This document shows positions 62,611 to 64,000 of a stretch of DNA of 64,000 nucleotides, in pieces. This DNA is from Zootoca vivipara. Lineage: Eukaryota. Under the pieces are notes generated by a model. It had not been told where the DNA came from. It did no database searches and saw nothing but the letters and a program-made list of their open reading frames with translations. Within the stretch, counting starts at the first letter, position 1; each line of letters opens with the position of its first letter. A program made the position numbers and the translations under genes. The stretch spans positions 104,408,001 through 104,472,000 of the forward strand of contig NC_083276.1 in NCBI RefSeq assembly GCF_963506605.1, written 5' to 3'.

Positions 62611-64000
62611 AAAGCTAAGTCAGAGATGGGAAGCCTATGACCTTTCAGATATTGTTGGATTCCAACTCCTATCAGCACTAGCTCGCAAGGCTACCGGTGA
62701 AGGCTGTTAAGAGTTGTAGTTGAGTCAGCTGACCGGCCCACAAGGTGGATCACAGGAAAAAAGGATGTTTTAAAACTTCACTTCCTCTTCCTTAAGCTTG
62801 GGGGGAAGCTAAATAGCAGTATGGGGGGGCTAATCATCATCAGAATCATTGGGGAGGGGTGAGTTAACCATCTTGAGGGTTACCCGGCAGAGAAAAGGGG
62901 GCTGGGAGAGACCGAAGTACCTCTGGTCCCACTCAACTGCCATTTCTGGGGAGACCTTCTGCTGAGAGTGGTGGAAAGGAAACTGAACTGCAGAAGAAGT
63001 TAATCCTTTTCCGGAGCCCCATCCCTTCCTCCTGCTGATCAGTGGGAGGGTATGTTGTGGGACATGTAATATTATGCTGCAGGCTGCAAGCATCCAAAGG
63101 GTGTTTGGGGGTGCAGATTGCATGTACACTTCTTCTCAGCTAGAGGGGGGGGGATTGGATAATGTGCATACTGACCAGATCATGCATAATGACCAGAGAA
63201 TGAACATAATTCAAGTGAGATATCACATTCCCGAAAGCCTGTTGGGAATTATGCACAATGGCCCAAGAATGTACAAAATGAAGTTAAATATTCCCCAACA
63301 GGGATTATCTGTTTAGGATGGAAATAGGCACACTTCCCCCATTATTGATGGGCTATGTACACATTCTGCATGAGGCCTGGGGAATGGGCACAATGGCCAG
63401 TTGTTATGCACACTAACCACTCAATTTACATTCCCCTTAAATCGTGTACATGAAGGAAATAAGATGAATGCAAAATGCTGGAAAAATTGCATATGTGTAT
63501 GGTAATTAGGTGCTGGTTACTATTATCTATTTATCTATTGCCCACCCTTCACCCGTAATGTCCCAGGGCATTAAAAACAATTAAAAACAACTTTGAACCA
63601 TAAAAATAAGGTGGGTTCTAAAAACACCCACCTCAGGCCTACTGCAAAACCGAATGCTAGATATTCCCAGCCTTAAATTGTAATAAAGGAAATAAAGACC
63701 AACAACGTTATTGCACAATATTTCATGCATATGATTTAAAAGATACCTTAAGGGAGTTTATATACTGTAGATTGGGGGAAAGTGGAAGAGAGAGAATCAC
63801 TTCTGTGGGGAGGGGCGAATCCGCCACGGAAATAGGAAGCACAAGAATACCTCCCTTCTTGGAATTACTTGCATTAGCTCTACAAATCCTGTTTCTTTCC
63901 CATCCCCTTTCTAACCGTGTGTGTGAGAGAGAGAGAGAAAGAGAGAGAGTGTGTGTGTGTGTGTGTGCATTGTCTCAGAGAAATCTCTTTTAGATACATT

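Overview
Non-coding vertebrate genomic DNA from a squamate reptile, probably a lacertid lizard. The species call is inferred from Sauria SINEs, Squam3-type SINEs, Bov-B LINE ends and lizard-type MITEs. I cannot support any host protein-coding exon; almost all listed ORFs are chance or microsatellite ORFs, and the only protein-like translations are decayed LINE fragments. The window reads as a large intron or gene desert, with repeat-poor AT-rich blocks (candidate conserved non-coding elements) between many short transposon insertions, and four assembly gaps. The most notable signal is five short Penelope-like retroelement fragments. Four carry all or part of a minimal hammerhead ribozyme motif (CUGAAGA-stem II-GAAAGCUC). 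One forms a ~205-bp near-perfect palindrome inside a 14-bp TSD, and one has a 27-bp junction sequence repeated 2 kb downstream. Other notable structures are a three-layer nest (CR1, then a structured DIRS/Ngaro-like element, then Bov-B), a hAT insertion with an empty-site duplicate beside a CTG-containing foldback, and a CpG-rich hAT MITE with a long hairpin. Penelope hammerheads are a known class, so I do not claim a new biological system. Repeat family names come from recalled similarity, not a database search.
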